Under the pieces are notes generated by a model. The model saw only the letters and a list, made by a program, of their open reading frames with translations. It was not told the DNA's origin and made no database searches. A stretch of DNA of 64,000 nt, the filler included, from Reclinomonas americana ATCC 50394 (taxonomy: Eukaryota), in the NCBI GenBank assembly GCA_048213135.1. It is 8 parts of 5 records of this genome, joined end to end, with 100 filler letters (N's around TTAATTAATTAA, not from the genome) between each part and the next. Parts side by side here need not be neighbours in the genome. Positions count along the whole stretch, not along the records: positions 14,603 to 35,640 come from PS015695.1; 7 more parts are not named here. The stretch is one strand, 5' to 3'. The position numbers and the translations under genes were made by a program. The first letter of the stretch is position 1. The number at the start of each line of letters is the position of its first letter. Below are positions 20,217-29,780 of this stretch, one piece after another.

Positions 20217-20506
20217 CCGGGCACTGGCCGCACCAGGTCGAGATCAAGCTGGACAGGGCGTCCGCGGCCGAACGTCTTCGCCGGATCGAAGCATGGTGCA
20301 CCGACTGGCAAATCGGCTTCCGCGTTCTCGGCACGATGACCGAGGACCTGATCCGCGTCGCTTTCGAAGAAGCCCGTTTCGCACGGGCCTTCCACGCTCA
20401 TTTCGGCGGTGTCATAGCGCCGGCCGGGGAGCTCGAAGTGGCTCTGGCAGCAGATGCCGCGGAAGTCGACTTGTATGATCGGCTTGCGGGCGAATACCCT
20501 GATTAG
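20213..20506 (+). CDS. hypothetical protein
   Basis: ATGA overlap with the helicase stop; starts MTGHWPHQVEIKL. Confidence 0.65.
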   Translation: MTGHWPHQVEIKLDRASAAERLRRIEAWCTDWQIGFRVLGTMTEDLIRVAFEEARFARAFHAHFGGVIAPAGELEVALAADAAEVDLYDRLAGEYPD

Positions 20507-20520
20507 GGAGGGACAGCGCC

Positions 20521-20766
20521 ATGCCGGATGCGGTCAGGATCGGATCAGGCGTGCCGCGAATTTCGATCCGTCGAGCCGACGACTTGGTCGAGCGGATCGA
20601 GGCGCTGAAGAACGAAGCGGCCGCCCGTGGGTTCGGAACGCTGGCCTATTTCCTGGATACGGCCCTGATCGAAGCCAGGTTGCAGGAACAACACATCATC
20701 GACGACACCACCATTGCGCGAGCCAAACCCGACGAACTTTGGCGCCCTCTCGAGGATCGAGATTGA
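20521..20766 (+). CDS. hypothetical protein
   Basis: GGGAGG RBS; tight operon spacing. Confidence 0.6.
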   Translation: MPDAVRIGSGVPRISIRRADDLVERIEALKNEAAARGFGTLAYFLDTALIEARLQEQHIIDDTTIARAKPDELWRPLEDRD

Positions 20767-20984
20767 TGGCCGAGCCGACGGATCTGCCGGAAATCGATCT
20801 CGACGTGGCCGACGTGAAGCGGATCGCGCTGACGACCGATCCGCAGGGCGAGACAATGATCTGTTTCGAGATGGCGAGCGGCCAGGTGATGAACCTCGTC
20901 TTCTCGCCGGAGATATTCGCGAAGCTCGAAGCGATGATGGCCAAAGCCAACGAGGCAAAGGCTCAGGTTTCACCGATCCAGTAG
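20766..20984 (+). CDS. hypothetical protein
   Basis: TGATG overlap; starts MAEPTDLPEIDLDV. Confidence 0.6.
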   Translation: MAEPTDLPEIDLDVADVKRIALTTDPQGETMICFEMASGQVMNLVFSPEIFAKLEAMMAKANEAKAQVSPIQ

Positions 20985-21032
20985 GGTCGCAGCGCTTCGG
21001 CGGTTCAAACGCCCCTTTAATGAAACATGAGA

Positions 21033-22874
21033 CTAGCTACTAGTGGGAAGCGTGGCTGGCACATTCTTTCGACGGTAAAAAGTCGCGCCGATTGCGGATT
21101 TCTCAAAGGCCGGCGGTACGTTCAACTCCCGCAAGACCTTCTTGATGTGGATAGGCCATTGCCGGTGCTCGCTGGCGAGCTCCGTCAACGAAACAAAGTC
21201 ACGCTTGAACTTGTCGATCGAAGCACGAGACACAAGCGTATACTGAGTGCGCTGCCGGGGTAGAGTGACCCGCGTCGCGTCAATCGCGCCGATCTGAATC
21301 AGATTGACCATGACCTGGCGCGTGGAGTTGAGAACTTGACATGCCGCGGGCATCACCAGTGCGTCCTTGGACGCTTGGAACAGGATTTCGCGGGTTTGAT
21401 CATAATTCACCAGCAGTGCCTCGTACCCCTTCTTGCCTGCCGCCTTACCTTTCCAGGGCAACCGCCCGTCACGGAGCGCCTGAATGATTTCGCCTGCATT
21501 GCAATTTGACAGCCGCGATGCGGCTGGGATGGTAAGCAGGGGATAGGACGGGTCTTCGACCAGCTCTGCGCCCTCTTCGAACTCTCTCAAGAGGGCATCA
21601 AGGTCGCGCCGATCGTATGAGCGATTGCGCACCCCTTCCTGTCCGGGGAAGGGCCTGATCAGGCCCTCTTTCACGAGAATCTTCAACTGAACGGATTTGG
21701 CATTCAGATATCTTGCAGCTTCCGGCGGCGATAGCGAGTGTCGCGCTCTTGCCAAGAACTCTTCGAGCTGGGGAGTCGCCGGCATAAGGAGCCGGCTCTC
21801 GATGTGTTTCTTGTGATCAGGAGGGATAAATCCCGCCGAGGCCAGTTTGCGGCGAAGGCTAACCGAACCTAGCCCGGTGTAGGCCCGCGCAGACGATAAC
21901 GAATGCAGTTTCCGCTTTCCAACAACCTGCCGGTCGAAAAAGAGGTCTTCCGGGCCAAGAGCAATGTTGGCCCTCGCGATGTCGAGCATGATGTCGCGAA
22001 GCGGATCGTAAACGCCATCATCGGTAAGCAGCTTGATCCATTTAAAGAACGACCCAAACCAAATTCCGAAGTGCGGATTCTTGGTAGCTTCCCTAGCATC
22101 AACGGAAGCTCTCACACCATCCAGTGCGTCGTAGATCGCCGCAGAACCTCTTGACGCCACCTCGAATCCGGCGCTCCCCGCATCGATTAGCTGTTCCGCT
22201 GTGTAATGGCTGATGAGTGCTTCGCTGCCATCAATGAGTAGGGCCCCGAGCATTTCGGAAGTTTTAGCTGCGGCGTACCAGGGGAGGGAATCCAGCCACG
22301 GCGAAGCGCAGGCTCCGTCAAGGCGCGCCGTTAAATACTCTTCCAGAGGTGAAGCCGGTCTCGTTCTGCCGCTGTCAGCCGCAGCTAGAACCTCGCCAAG
22401 TTCCGGTTGAAGCGCGCTGGCATGGTCGAACAGCTGACACCTTGGCTTATATGCAAACTTTTTGAGCAAAACGTTGTGGGTGTGGCAGTATCGCAGTGGT
22501 TCCAATTGCCACTGGAACCGCATTCCCGTTCGCCATCCGTCCCGGTGCGAGCCCAGGTCCTCGGCAATGCATCGTGGACAAACGATGAGATGAGCTCTGT
22601 GGCTATCCTTCTTGGCGAGCGATTGTCCGCGAATCCGATAGTCGCGTCCAACTTTGGTGATTGCGGCGCGCGAGAGATCAATCAGCGAAGCGCCGCTCAA
22701 TTCTGAAAGCGAAGCAAGGGCTGCGGTATCGCCGTCTGCTAGCCGCTGTGAATGAAGACCCAATTGGCTCGCAAACACTCTTGCACGCTGGAAGCCGTGG
22801 AGCAGAGCAAGACGCGAGAGAAAGCTAACGGGCCCCTCATCTTCAATGAGCGGCAGGGTGGGATAGAGGCGCAT
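21033..22874 (-). CDS. tniQ: TniQ/TnsD-family target selector (about 613 aa)
   Basis: DEGPVSFLSRLA, CPRC...W...CHTH zinc site, and a long C-terminal region with HTH-like repeats; downstream of tniB. Confidence 0.88.
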   Translation of the reverse strand: MRLYPTLPLIEDEGPVSFLSRLALLHGFQRARVFASQLGLHSQRLADGDTAALASLSELSGASLIDLSRAAITKVGRDYRIRGQSLAKKDSHRAHLIVCPRCIAEDLGSHRDGWRTGMRFQWQLEPLRYCHTHNVLLKKFAYKPRCQLFDHASALQPELGEVLAAADSGRTRPASPLEEYLTARLDGACASPWLDSLPWYAAAKTSEMLGALLIDGSEALISHYTAEQLIDAGSAGFEVASRGSAAIYDALDGVRASVDAREATKNPHFGIWFGSFFKWIKLLTDDGVYDPLRDIMLDIARANIALGPEDLFFDRQVVGKRKLHSLSSARAYTGLGSVSLRRKLASAGFIPPDHKKHIESRLLMPATPQLEEFLARARHSLSPPEAARYLNAKSVQLKILVKEGLIRPFPGQEGVRNRSYDRRDLDALLREFEEGAELVEDPSYPLLTIPAASRLSNCNAGEIIQALRDGRLPWKGKAAGKKGYEALLVNYDQTREILFQASKDALVMPAACQVLNSTRQVMVNLIQIGAIDATRVTLPRQRTQYTLVSRASIDKFKRDFVSLTELASEHRQWPIHIKKVLRELNVPPAFEKSAIGATFYRRKNVPATLPTSS

Positions 22875-22875
22875 T

Positions 22876-23937
22876 TTACTTGCTGCCTCTCTGCGCGCGG
22901 CCAACGAGCGAACTGTCTGCAGGCAAGATCTGCGAAGGGGGGGCGGCCATTAACACGAGCGAACAATCCAAGTGCAGCCAGTCAGCAGCGAGAAACGGGT
23001 TCATGCGACGTCCGCAACCCGTGCGATCAGCATACGCAGCAGCGAAGTGCTCGACAGTAAGCTCCTCGACTCCGTCCAGCAGTGCTAGCTCGACCGCCTC
23101 TTGTATGAGTTCGATCATGACGCCAAAACGATAGATGGCCGCATGGACGAGGCGACTAACAAGCAAGTTGCGATCGTCTGACCAAGTCAGGTCTGCCAGC
23201 TTACAGGTTCTATCGAGCGCCGCGCTCACCAAATCGGCATCCGCCGGCATCTCCATCAATGGCATTTGGATAAATTGACCGCGTCTCCGGATCTCTCCGA
23301 CTGCCCGCATTGCCGGGACGATGCTGGGCAACCCTGAGATCACCAAAGCGACTGGCCATGTCGGCGAGACCATCAAGGCCTTCAGGCGCTTTCTGATGTG
23401 ATCGATCTGGCTGACGTTCGCGCTATCGGTCAGGTTATGCATCTCGTCGAGATGCAATATCGCGACGCCAGCAAGTTCCAGCTGGTGGTGAACCTGAGCC
23501 CAAACGGCGTGTTCCGCTAGGGGCTTGTAGATCGGCCGACCAGCTTTCTGCAGGATCGTATGGCCCAGTGCTATCGGCGAGGTAGAGGCGGGAACCGAGA
23601 CTGACAGCAAAGTGCAGCCAGACCCAAACACGTTGTAGCCGGCGGTGGCGGGATGGGTGCGGAAAAGCCGGTCCAGGGATTCAGTCTTTCCGATGCCTTC
23701 TTCGCCGGTGTAGACGATGGCCCTGCATTCACGCCTTTCTTTCCAGGCTTCATCGGCCGACGAGCGACGCATAACGATGGTCCGGAGTAGTTTGTCGAAC
23801 CGCCGCCTGAGCTCATCGTCCCAATCGGTCTCAATGTAGTTGTTTCTAATAGCCTCCATCTTGCCCACTACCGCCTGGGCATTCAGCGACATAGAGGCGA
23901 AGATAGCGTTGATTGAAGAATTGGAATTTTCGGTCAT
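22876..23937 (-). CDS. tniB: TniB/TnsC AAA+ ATPase
   Basis: Walker A GEEGIGKT, Walker B LHLDEMHNL, LVISG and IRRR. Confidence 0.88.
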   Translation of the reverse strand: MTENSNSSINAIFASMSLNAQAVVGKMEAIRNNYIETDWDDELRRRFDKLLRTIVMRRSSADEAWKERRECRAIVYTGEEGIGKTESLDRLFRTHPATAGYNVFGSGCTLLSVSVPASTSPIALGHTILQKAGRPIYKPLAEHAVWAQVHHQLELAGVAILHLDEMHNLTDSANVSQIDHIRKRLKALMVSPTWPVALVISGLPSIVPAMRAVGEIRRRGQFIQMPLMEMPADADLVSAALDRTCKLADLTWSDDRNLLVSRLVHAAIYRFGVMIELIQEAVELALLDGVEELTVEHFAAAYADRTGCGRRMNPFLAADWLHLDCSLVLMAAPPSQILPADSSLVGRAQRGSK

Positions 23938-23957
23938 TTTCAAAATATCCTGTAATA

Positions 23958-26089
23958 TTACTTGATGGTTCGCGACGGCTTGCTGTTCGAAGGAGAAGCG
24001 GACAGGGCTTTCCGAGCGGGGATGATCGCCGCTGCGAGCAAATTCCCCTTTAGAGGTGTTGGTCCGATGTCAGGCCGCAGGAATTCGAATGGATAATTTA
24101 CGTCTCGATGGAGCTTAGTGAGCTGTTCGGTGGTTGGACGCGTCGTAACCAATGCTGTCCGCTGCTCTGCAGTTTTTGCGATCTCCATCATCTTGAGAAC
24201 CGATTCCTTGACGATCGAGTCATCGAGCTTGGATTCGTCTTGGTGCTGCCGCCGAAGAGCCTGCCGCGTCGCAAGCCAAACATCGAGAGGGACGTGCGCC
24301 ATACCCGGCCGCATGCAAGGCACTGCCAACCAGCAGTTATCCCCCAGTTCAAGCGAGATGCAGTTGATGTCGCGGTGGTTTACTTTGATGTCTACGACAG
24401 CACTCCCTCGGCGTTGAAAGAATTCCTGAAGCTCCAGGCAATTGTAAAAGAGGCCGCAGAATTCTACCCCTGACGGATGTACGGTTAGGTTCTTGACCCT
24501 AACCCCAAATATTGCCCGCAATTCATGTGAATGCGGTGGCAGCATTACGCCATATTTCTTGGTGAGCCTTTCCCATGCTCTCGCAGGCGTCTGCTCGTTT
24601 AGTCCACGATGCGGAGAGTTGTGATATTGCTCCACCGTCCATCGCACCAGAACTTCGCATAACTCTGGAACAGTAAGGCTGGCCCGGCCTACCGGATCAT
24701 AGTCGCCCTTTACGACGACGTTTTCGAATGTCCGACCGGTAAAGAATGCGAGCGCCTCCTTCGCTGTTCGGAAGAAGCGCTCGATCTTTGGCCGCATGCG
24801 AGCCTTGCCTGCCGGCGGGGCTAGGACCTCGGATCCCAAGTCTAGTATAGGGGTGCGGAAATCAAGCGACATGAACCATTTAGCTTGGTCATGAACGAGC
24901 TGCTCAAACGGCCCACAGAATAGCCAGCGAGAAACAGACGGGGCGATGCGAGCGTAGGCTACCTTCGGCGAGACGGCCATCTCGACGGTGTCCAAGGCCA
25001 GTTGGACGCCAACCTTTTTGCCAATCTTCATGCCGAGGATGACGCGCGTCGCGGCATCGATGATCGCGCAGAGCCAGAAGCGCCGCTTCTTCAGGTCGGC
25101 GATCTCTTCCGCCGTAAGATCCTCAAGCAGTCCGTGGTGCTCAAAGACGGTGTAAAGATCGATCTTCCATTCATCGATCTCTACACGTTCTAGCGGGCGA
25201 GTGGCCATAACGCCGCGGGCGACGGCGGCCATTTTTGCTTCAGCTATATCTACGCCATATCGACTCGCCAGCGTTTCAAGGGCATGCAGTTCCTTCACTC
25301 TTGATAAAAGGTACTGGTAGGATGGTGTCTTGTATTCAGTTAAGCCAGCGGCTTTCCGCTCGACATTGATGACGAGCAACTTTGCACCAAGCTGATTGTG
25401 CAAAGTCCGTACTGAGCCGCGACCCTCGGCAGCGTCTTCTTTGAAGCTCGCCGCGACGTCATCTGCGAGGTCACATACCTCTGGCGGATGTCGGCTCGTG
25501 AGCCGATCACCGCACCGCCGATGGGCTTTACGCAAAGCCAACGGCTGACCTTCAGCACCTTCGAGTATCTTCAGCGATTTGCGGAGGGTTTTTGGGCTTG
25601 GCGGCTTATGGGTCTTTATCTCTTGATCGACCCGGGGCGGATGAGGTCACCATCCTTGCCCATTCTGGCTGCCGCAGCCCATTCAGCTTCGTTGATCTCG
25701 CCCTGGATAGTCGAGATCGCGCGCTTCATTGATTTATCTGAACGCGTCGCTTCTCCGGCTTGCACCATTTCGAGAAAGCGCGTGCAGTATATCTCGCGAC
25801 GGGCGACCTCGCTCCGTTCGCGCTCGGGCAGGTCGTTGATGCGGTGAGCCTCCGCTTTCGCCCGTGCCCGCATGACTTCGGGGCGAAAGGCGCTGCGCTC
25901 GATGCGGACCTCGCCGGCCAACACCAGCTTGTCCAGCTCTTGGTTGGTGAAGAGGCGCTCAGTCTCGAGGTCATCCTCGCGGAGGAGGAGGTGACCCTCC
26001 TCCTCGCGCTCAACTGGTCGGTAAGCCTTGCCCTCGATCCACAGGCGGTCCTTTGAATTGAAACGAAAATACAGGATGGGAGAGCTCAT
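23958..26089 (-). CDS. tnsB: TnsB/TniA Mu-like DDE transposase, split by a 1-nt frameshift near 25630
   Basis: RPLERVEIDEW (D), LVHDQ (D), RPKIERFF (E) and YHNSPH. The N-terminal ORF 26089-25616 continues in another frame as VDQEIKTHKPPSPKTLRK... Confidence 0.85.
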
Positions 26090-26670
26090 TTCGCCGGCCT
26101 CTCAGCCTGCGGCGCTGAAGTCGACTTTGTTGGCTCTCCGGCGCGGTCCCATTCATGCTGCCACCGGCGCAGCGTTCGGGGGCTCGGTGGCTGCGAGTTC
26201 ATTCGCCTCTGTTTAGGTCCGGAACCGACTTGCTGACGGTCGTCGCTCAGTCTGAGCGATGCTGGCCTTCTTGCTGTACTGAGCTCAGCTTGGAGGATGG
26301 CAATCGCCCGATAGATGAGCGCATGCGGGTGCTCTGATTGAGCAGCATGCCCCGTTTCCACGAAGCGGTGACGATACATTTCGCGGCGGATGAGTTGCTC
26401 GCAGCCCCGTGGTGACAGATCCAGGGCGGGTGGGGCTGCTGCAGCGGGCATTGACGGGGGAAGAGCGTCCTGTCGAAATGCGTTACGCTCCACGCGGACT
26501 AGGTCGGACGAGACCAACTCGTCCAACTCCACATCCGAGTAGACGCGAATTCTGGGCGCGTCTTCATGGACAAGCAGGTGGCCCGCCAGCAGGCGTGCCA
26601 CTGCTCGATAAGCCTTACCCCTGATCCAGATGCGGTCCGAGGCGTTGAAACCGAAGTACAGGACACTCAT
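26086..26670 (-). CDS. stand-alone paralog of the TnsB N-terminal DNA-binding region
   Basis: Aligns by eye with the TnsB N-terminus (LYFGFNASDRIWIRGKAYR vs LYFRFNSKDRLWIEGKAYR; PPSPRTLRRW vs PPSPKTLRK). No DDE domain; ATGA overlaps at both ends. Confidence 0.8.
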   Translation of the reverse strand: MSVLYFGFNASDRIWIRGKAYRAVARLLAGHLLVHEDAPRIRVYSDVELDELVSSDLVRVERNAFRQDALPPSMPAAAAPPALDLSPRGCEQLIRREMYRHRFVETGHAAQSEHPHALIYRAIAILQAELSTARRPASLRLSDDRQQVGSGPKQRRMNSQPPSPRTLRRWQHEWDRAGEPTKSTSAPQAERPAK

Positions 26671-27368
26671 GCTGCCAGCGCCTCAACGCCAGCTGCTGCA
26701 GACTGAATCCGGGTGGGGTAGTCGTATATCCCGTCGTCGAGCACATTGATCTCTTGACGACCGATCAGCCGGCCGATCGTCCTGAAGGCGGCCCCTTCCA
26801 GGCCGCTTCTGGCGACAACAGATCCGATGGTCATGACTGTGCCTTCAGACACGATCGCGCGGACGATCTCGTCATGCTCAGGATTGGACTCGCGCTTAGC
26901 GTGATGCAGAAACGTTGCGTTTGCGACGAGGTCCTTCGGAACGTCCTTTTCAGTCAAAAGCACAACGCCATCGGCAAGTTCGATTGGCATGTGTGGTGCG
27001 ATCGCTTTCAGTTCCTCTAGCAACTGATGCTTTTCGGCGCTCGCGGCTGGCTTCACCGCAACCGCTAGCCTAGTTCCGCATGAAAGCGTGAACCGGTAGT
27101 CGAAATGATGCCGACGCAGCTTGCCATCCGGGGCCGGATACAACAGCGGCGGCAGCTGCTCCTGGATGTCAACGACGTTAGGATTGGCCTCGCCACTATA
27201 GAGAACATGTCGCTCAAGGTAGCTTTCGCAAAATATCTTGTAGCCAAAGACAACCGTTGCGACGCGGCAAGCGCCCTTGCTTCTGCTATTGACTGCTCGA
27301 TGCGCGCGGGATTCCTTTGGGCCCTGCCAAATTGGAGCAGGTGAATGGGGGAGAGCTTCTATAAACAT
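26667..27368 (-). CDS. tnsA: TnsA-like endonuclease
   Basis: CESYLE, DIQEQ, HHFDY and AVAVKP resemble the TnsA N-terminal PD-(D/E)XK fold; first gene of the tns operon. Confidence 0.72.
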   Translation of the reverse strand: MFIEALPHSPAPIWQGPKESRAHRAVNSRSKGACRVATVVFGYKIFCESYLERHVLYSGEANPNVVDIQEQLPPLLYPAPDGKLRRHHFDYRFTLSCGTRLAVAVKPAASAEKHQLLEELKAIAPHMPIELADGVVLLTEKDVPKDLVANATFLHHAKRESNPEHDEIVRAIVSEGTVMTIGSVVARSGLEGAAFRTIGRLIGRQEINVLDDGIYDYPTRIQSAAAGVEALAA

Positions 27369-27537
27369 GCTGCTTTCGTCTTGATGACGCGCAGCCGCCT
27401 GCCCAGAACACTCGCATTACGCTTGCGCGGAGTCGCGCGCACGTGTACACGAGAGGCACTGGATGCGGCTTACGCCGGGTTCAGGGAGGGCCGCTTCCGA
27501 GGTTTCTCAGGCCAGTTAGGAAGTGGCTTCGAATAAG

Positions 27538-27570
27538 AGGGCATTCCGTTTGAGCGCGGAATGCCCTTTT
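27538..27570. terminator. intrinsic terminator-like hairpin
   Basis: AGGGCATTCCG-loop-CGGAATGCCCT with a T tract, directly after the stop of 27570-27803. Confidence 0.65.
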
Positions 27571-27803
27571 CATTTTTGATCGTCGTCGGTCGTTTTCTCG
27601 CTTCCTCCAAGTTGAGCCCGCTCGATCGGGAACAGAATGATCTCTGGATGCCAGGCGCGTCGGCTTGCGGCAGCCTCGGCGTGTTCGAGCGCAACACGGG
27701 CAATCTCGATCGACGCGGCATTTACCGCTCGATCGAACACGTGTTCTCCGAATTCGCTGTTCATTTGGACCAGGCGGACCATCAGGCCTGCGAGTTTATC
27801 CAT
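27570..27803 (-). CDS. small hypothetical protein (77 aa)
   Basis: AAGGAG RBS; starts MDKLAGLMVRLVQ; hairpin after the stop. Confidence 0.6.
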   Translation of the reverse strand: MDKLAGLMVRLVQMNSEFGEHVFDRAVNAASIEIARVALEHAEAAASRRAWHPEIILFPIERAQLGGSEKTTDDDQK

Positions 27804-29059
27804 GCTCGGGCTCCTTTGCCGGGCTGCACATGTGTTGGTTCTCAGAAGCTCTCCTTGAACAGGCGAACGACGACGACGAGCACGCCCTATGGAGCGTGCT
27901 GAAGAGATCGGCGTTTGCGATGGTAGGGAAGGGCGGCCTGACGGCCACGACCTCGTGCGTTCAAATCTGATTTCAATATTGGTCAAGCGAATGCGTCATC
28001 ACTCCTAATCGAGCGAAATTTGCTCGACGTCCACGAGTCTGACGGATCACCCATTTTCCAGGCAAGCAGAAAGAAATCAGGCCAATTTCCGCCATGCGTT
28101 TGGCGAATTTCGGAGGCTCCTCCAATTTGGAGTCGGCATTGACGAGCCGTCGGTCCGGCTGACACGCGCGCATGTATAATGCACGCGCGGACGCATGCGC
28201 GAGGTCGGCAATTTTATTTCGCCACAGAATTTTTCGGAAATTTATTATTTCGCCCTTCAATTTCCTATTCACTAAGCGTTGAGGACGATTACGAAATCGA
28301 GCCCATGAAAATAGCGTTAATAGATTGTATATGAACAAGTCCTTCTCGCCGCTCCGCTTCAGAAATGTTATTTCTTGTCAATGGCTTGAAGAGCGAAAGC
28401 GTTCGGTATTCGTCCAATGATCGCCTCTTTCTTTGCAGGCTCGCTGCTCGAGATAATTTGGTTGAACAACGCATCGCGGCCCGATGTGTCATAGGTCCGA
28501 CAACGCCAGGGCGGTCTTTGCGCGTCGACGGCTAAACCGGCTTGCGGAATATCCTTCGCGGCCGGCCAGAGGCTATTGCCAACGGTTCGGAGCAAGGAGC
28601 GAGGCGCCGCTATAGCGTTTGCCGATGGCTTGGCGTCTCGGCAGAATTGGCCGAGCGACCGACCCCACATCTTCGGACTGGTGCTAGGGCTGGTTCACAA
28701 TCCGCAAAAGTATGGGCACCTCGCAGCCGATCTCGTCAAATTCCTCATCGAGAAGCATTGGGTCATTGAGAAGTTCTCCTCCCGGCCAACGGTGAGCCGA
28801 ATATGGACGTCGCCCATCCGGACTGCTGACGGGAGCCGAGCGCAAGCCAGTGCGGGCGGCGGAAGAAAGACGGGACCGCTTGCTGTGGATCATCTGAAAC
28901 CCTCGCGTTGGATTAAGCCAGGAAGCGAGCAGGCAGCAGCTATCGCTCAGGAACGATGAGGCGGGTTTCTCGTCCGGAACTCGTTAGATGATATACAAAA
29001 TGTAAAATAATCTCATCAAATGTCGCACATTATGGTTAACGGGCGCAGTTAGGGCGAGC

Positions 29060-29320
29060 TTAGAAGTCGGTTTGCTGGGGTTTTGTAAAAACCACGACGC
29101 CCTCAACGGAAACCCCACTTACAAAGCTCGCCCCGGCTCCCTCCAGGGCTCTGCGGAGACGCATGTTCAAGGCCAATTTTGGCTCAATATCGCCGGCCTC
29201 GAAATCAAAAAGCGTTTTCCGGGACACATCTGCGGTCTCTGAAAGCCAATCTTGCGTGTGCCCCAAAAGAAGCCTCGCGGCCCTGCAAACGAACCCACGG
29301 ATCGGCGCGTCTGCAGGCAT
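29060..29320 (-). CDS. XRE-family HTH regulator
   Basis: CRAARLLLGHTQDWLSETADVSRKTLFDFEAG...ALEGAG. Confidence 0.85.
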   Translation of the reverse strand: MPADAPIRGFVCRAARLLLGHTQDWLSETADVSRKTLFDFEAGDIEPKLALNMRLRRALEGAGASFVSGVSVEGVVVFTKPQQTDF

Positions 29321-29780
29321 AGGCAGGAAGCCCGCTCCAGTCAGGAGAGCAGGGCCGCAATCATTTTTATGGAATAATTTTATGGAGCTTGTATAATAAG
29401 AGCTGTCGCCGAACGGCTTGGCGGGGCTCGGCGATCCATCCTTTTGCATGGGTATTTTCGACGGAGAGCTCATCCGTGCCGCACTCTTCACCCTAGATTT
29501 CCGCGGAACCCCCGTCATCAGACTGCGCCCCGCTGAGCACAGCGAGCGACAATGCGAGATGGGGCATCGGATGATGTCGAGTTCCGTCGTCCGGCAAACA
29601 TGACAAATGCCTCGCTGACGGTCGAGGGCAGCGGGATGATTTCCCCTGCACAATAGTCGCGGCGCGATCGCGCCGATCGATCCGGTTTCAACGAACGCTC
29701 GCGGTAAGCCCCCAAATCCCGGGGTGTCGTTCCGTCTATTTGCCTCTCTGCGACCAGGTTCATCCAAATCGAGGATTGCA

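Noticed and set aside
21033..27368. CRISPR-associated transposon
   Set aside because: No cas genes and no repeat-spacer array are visible.
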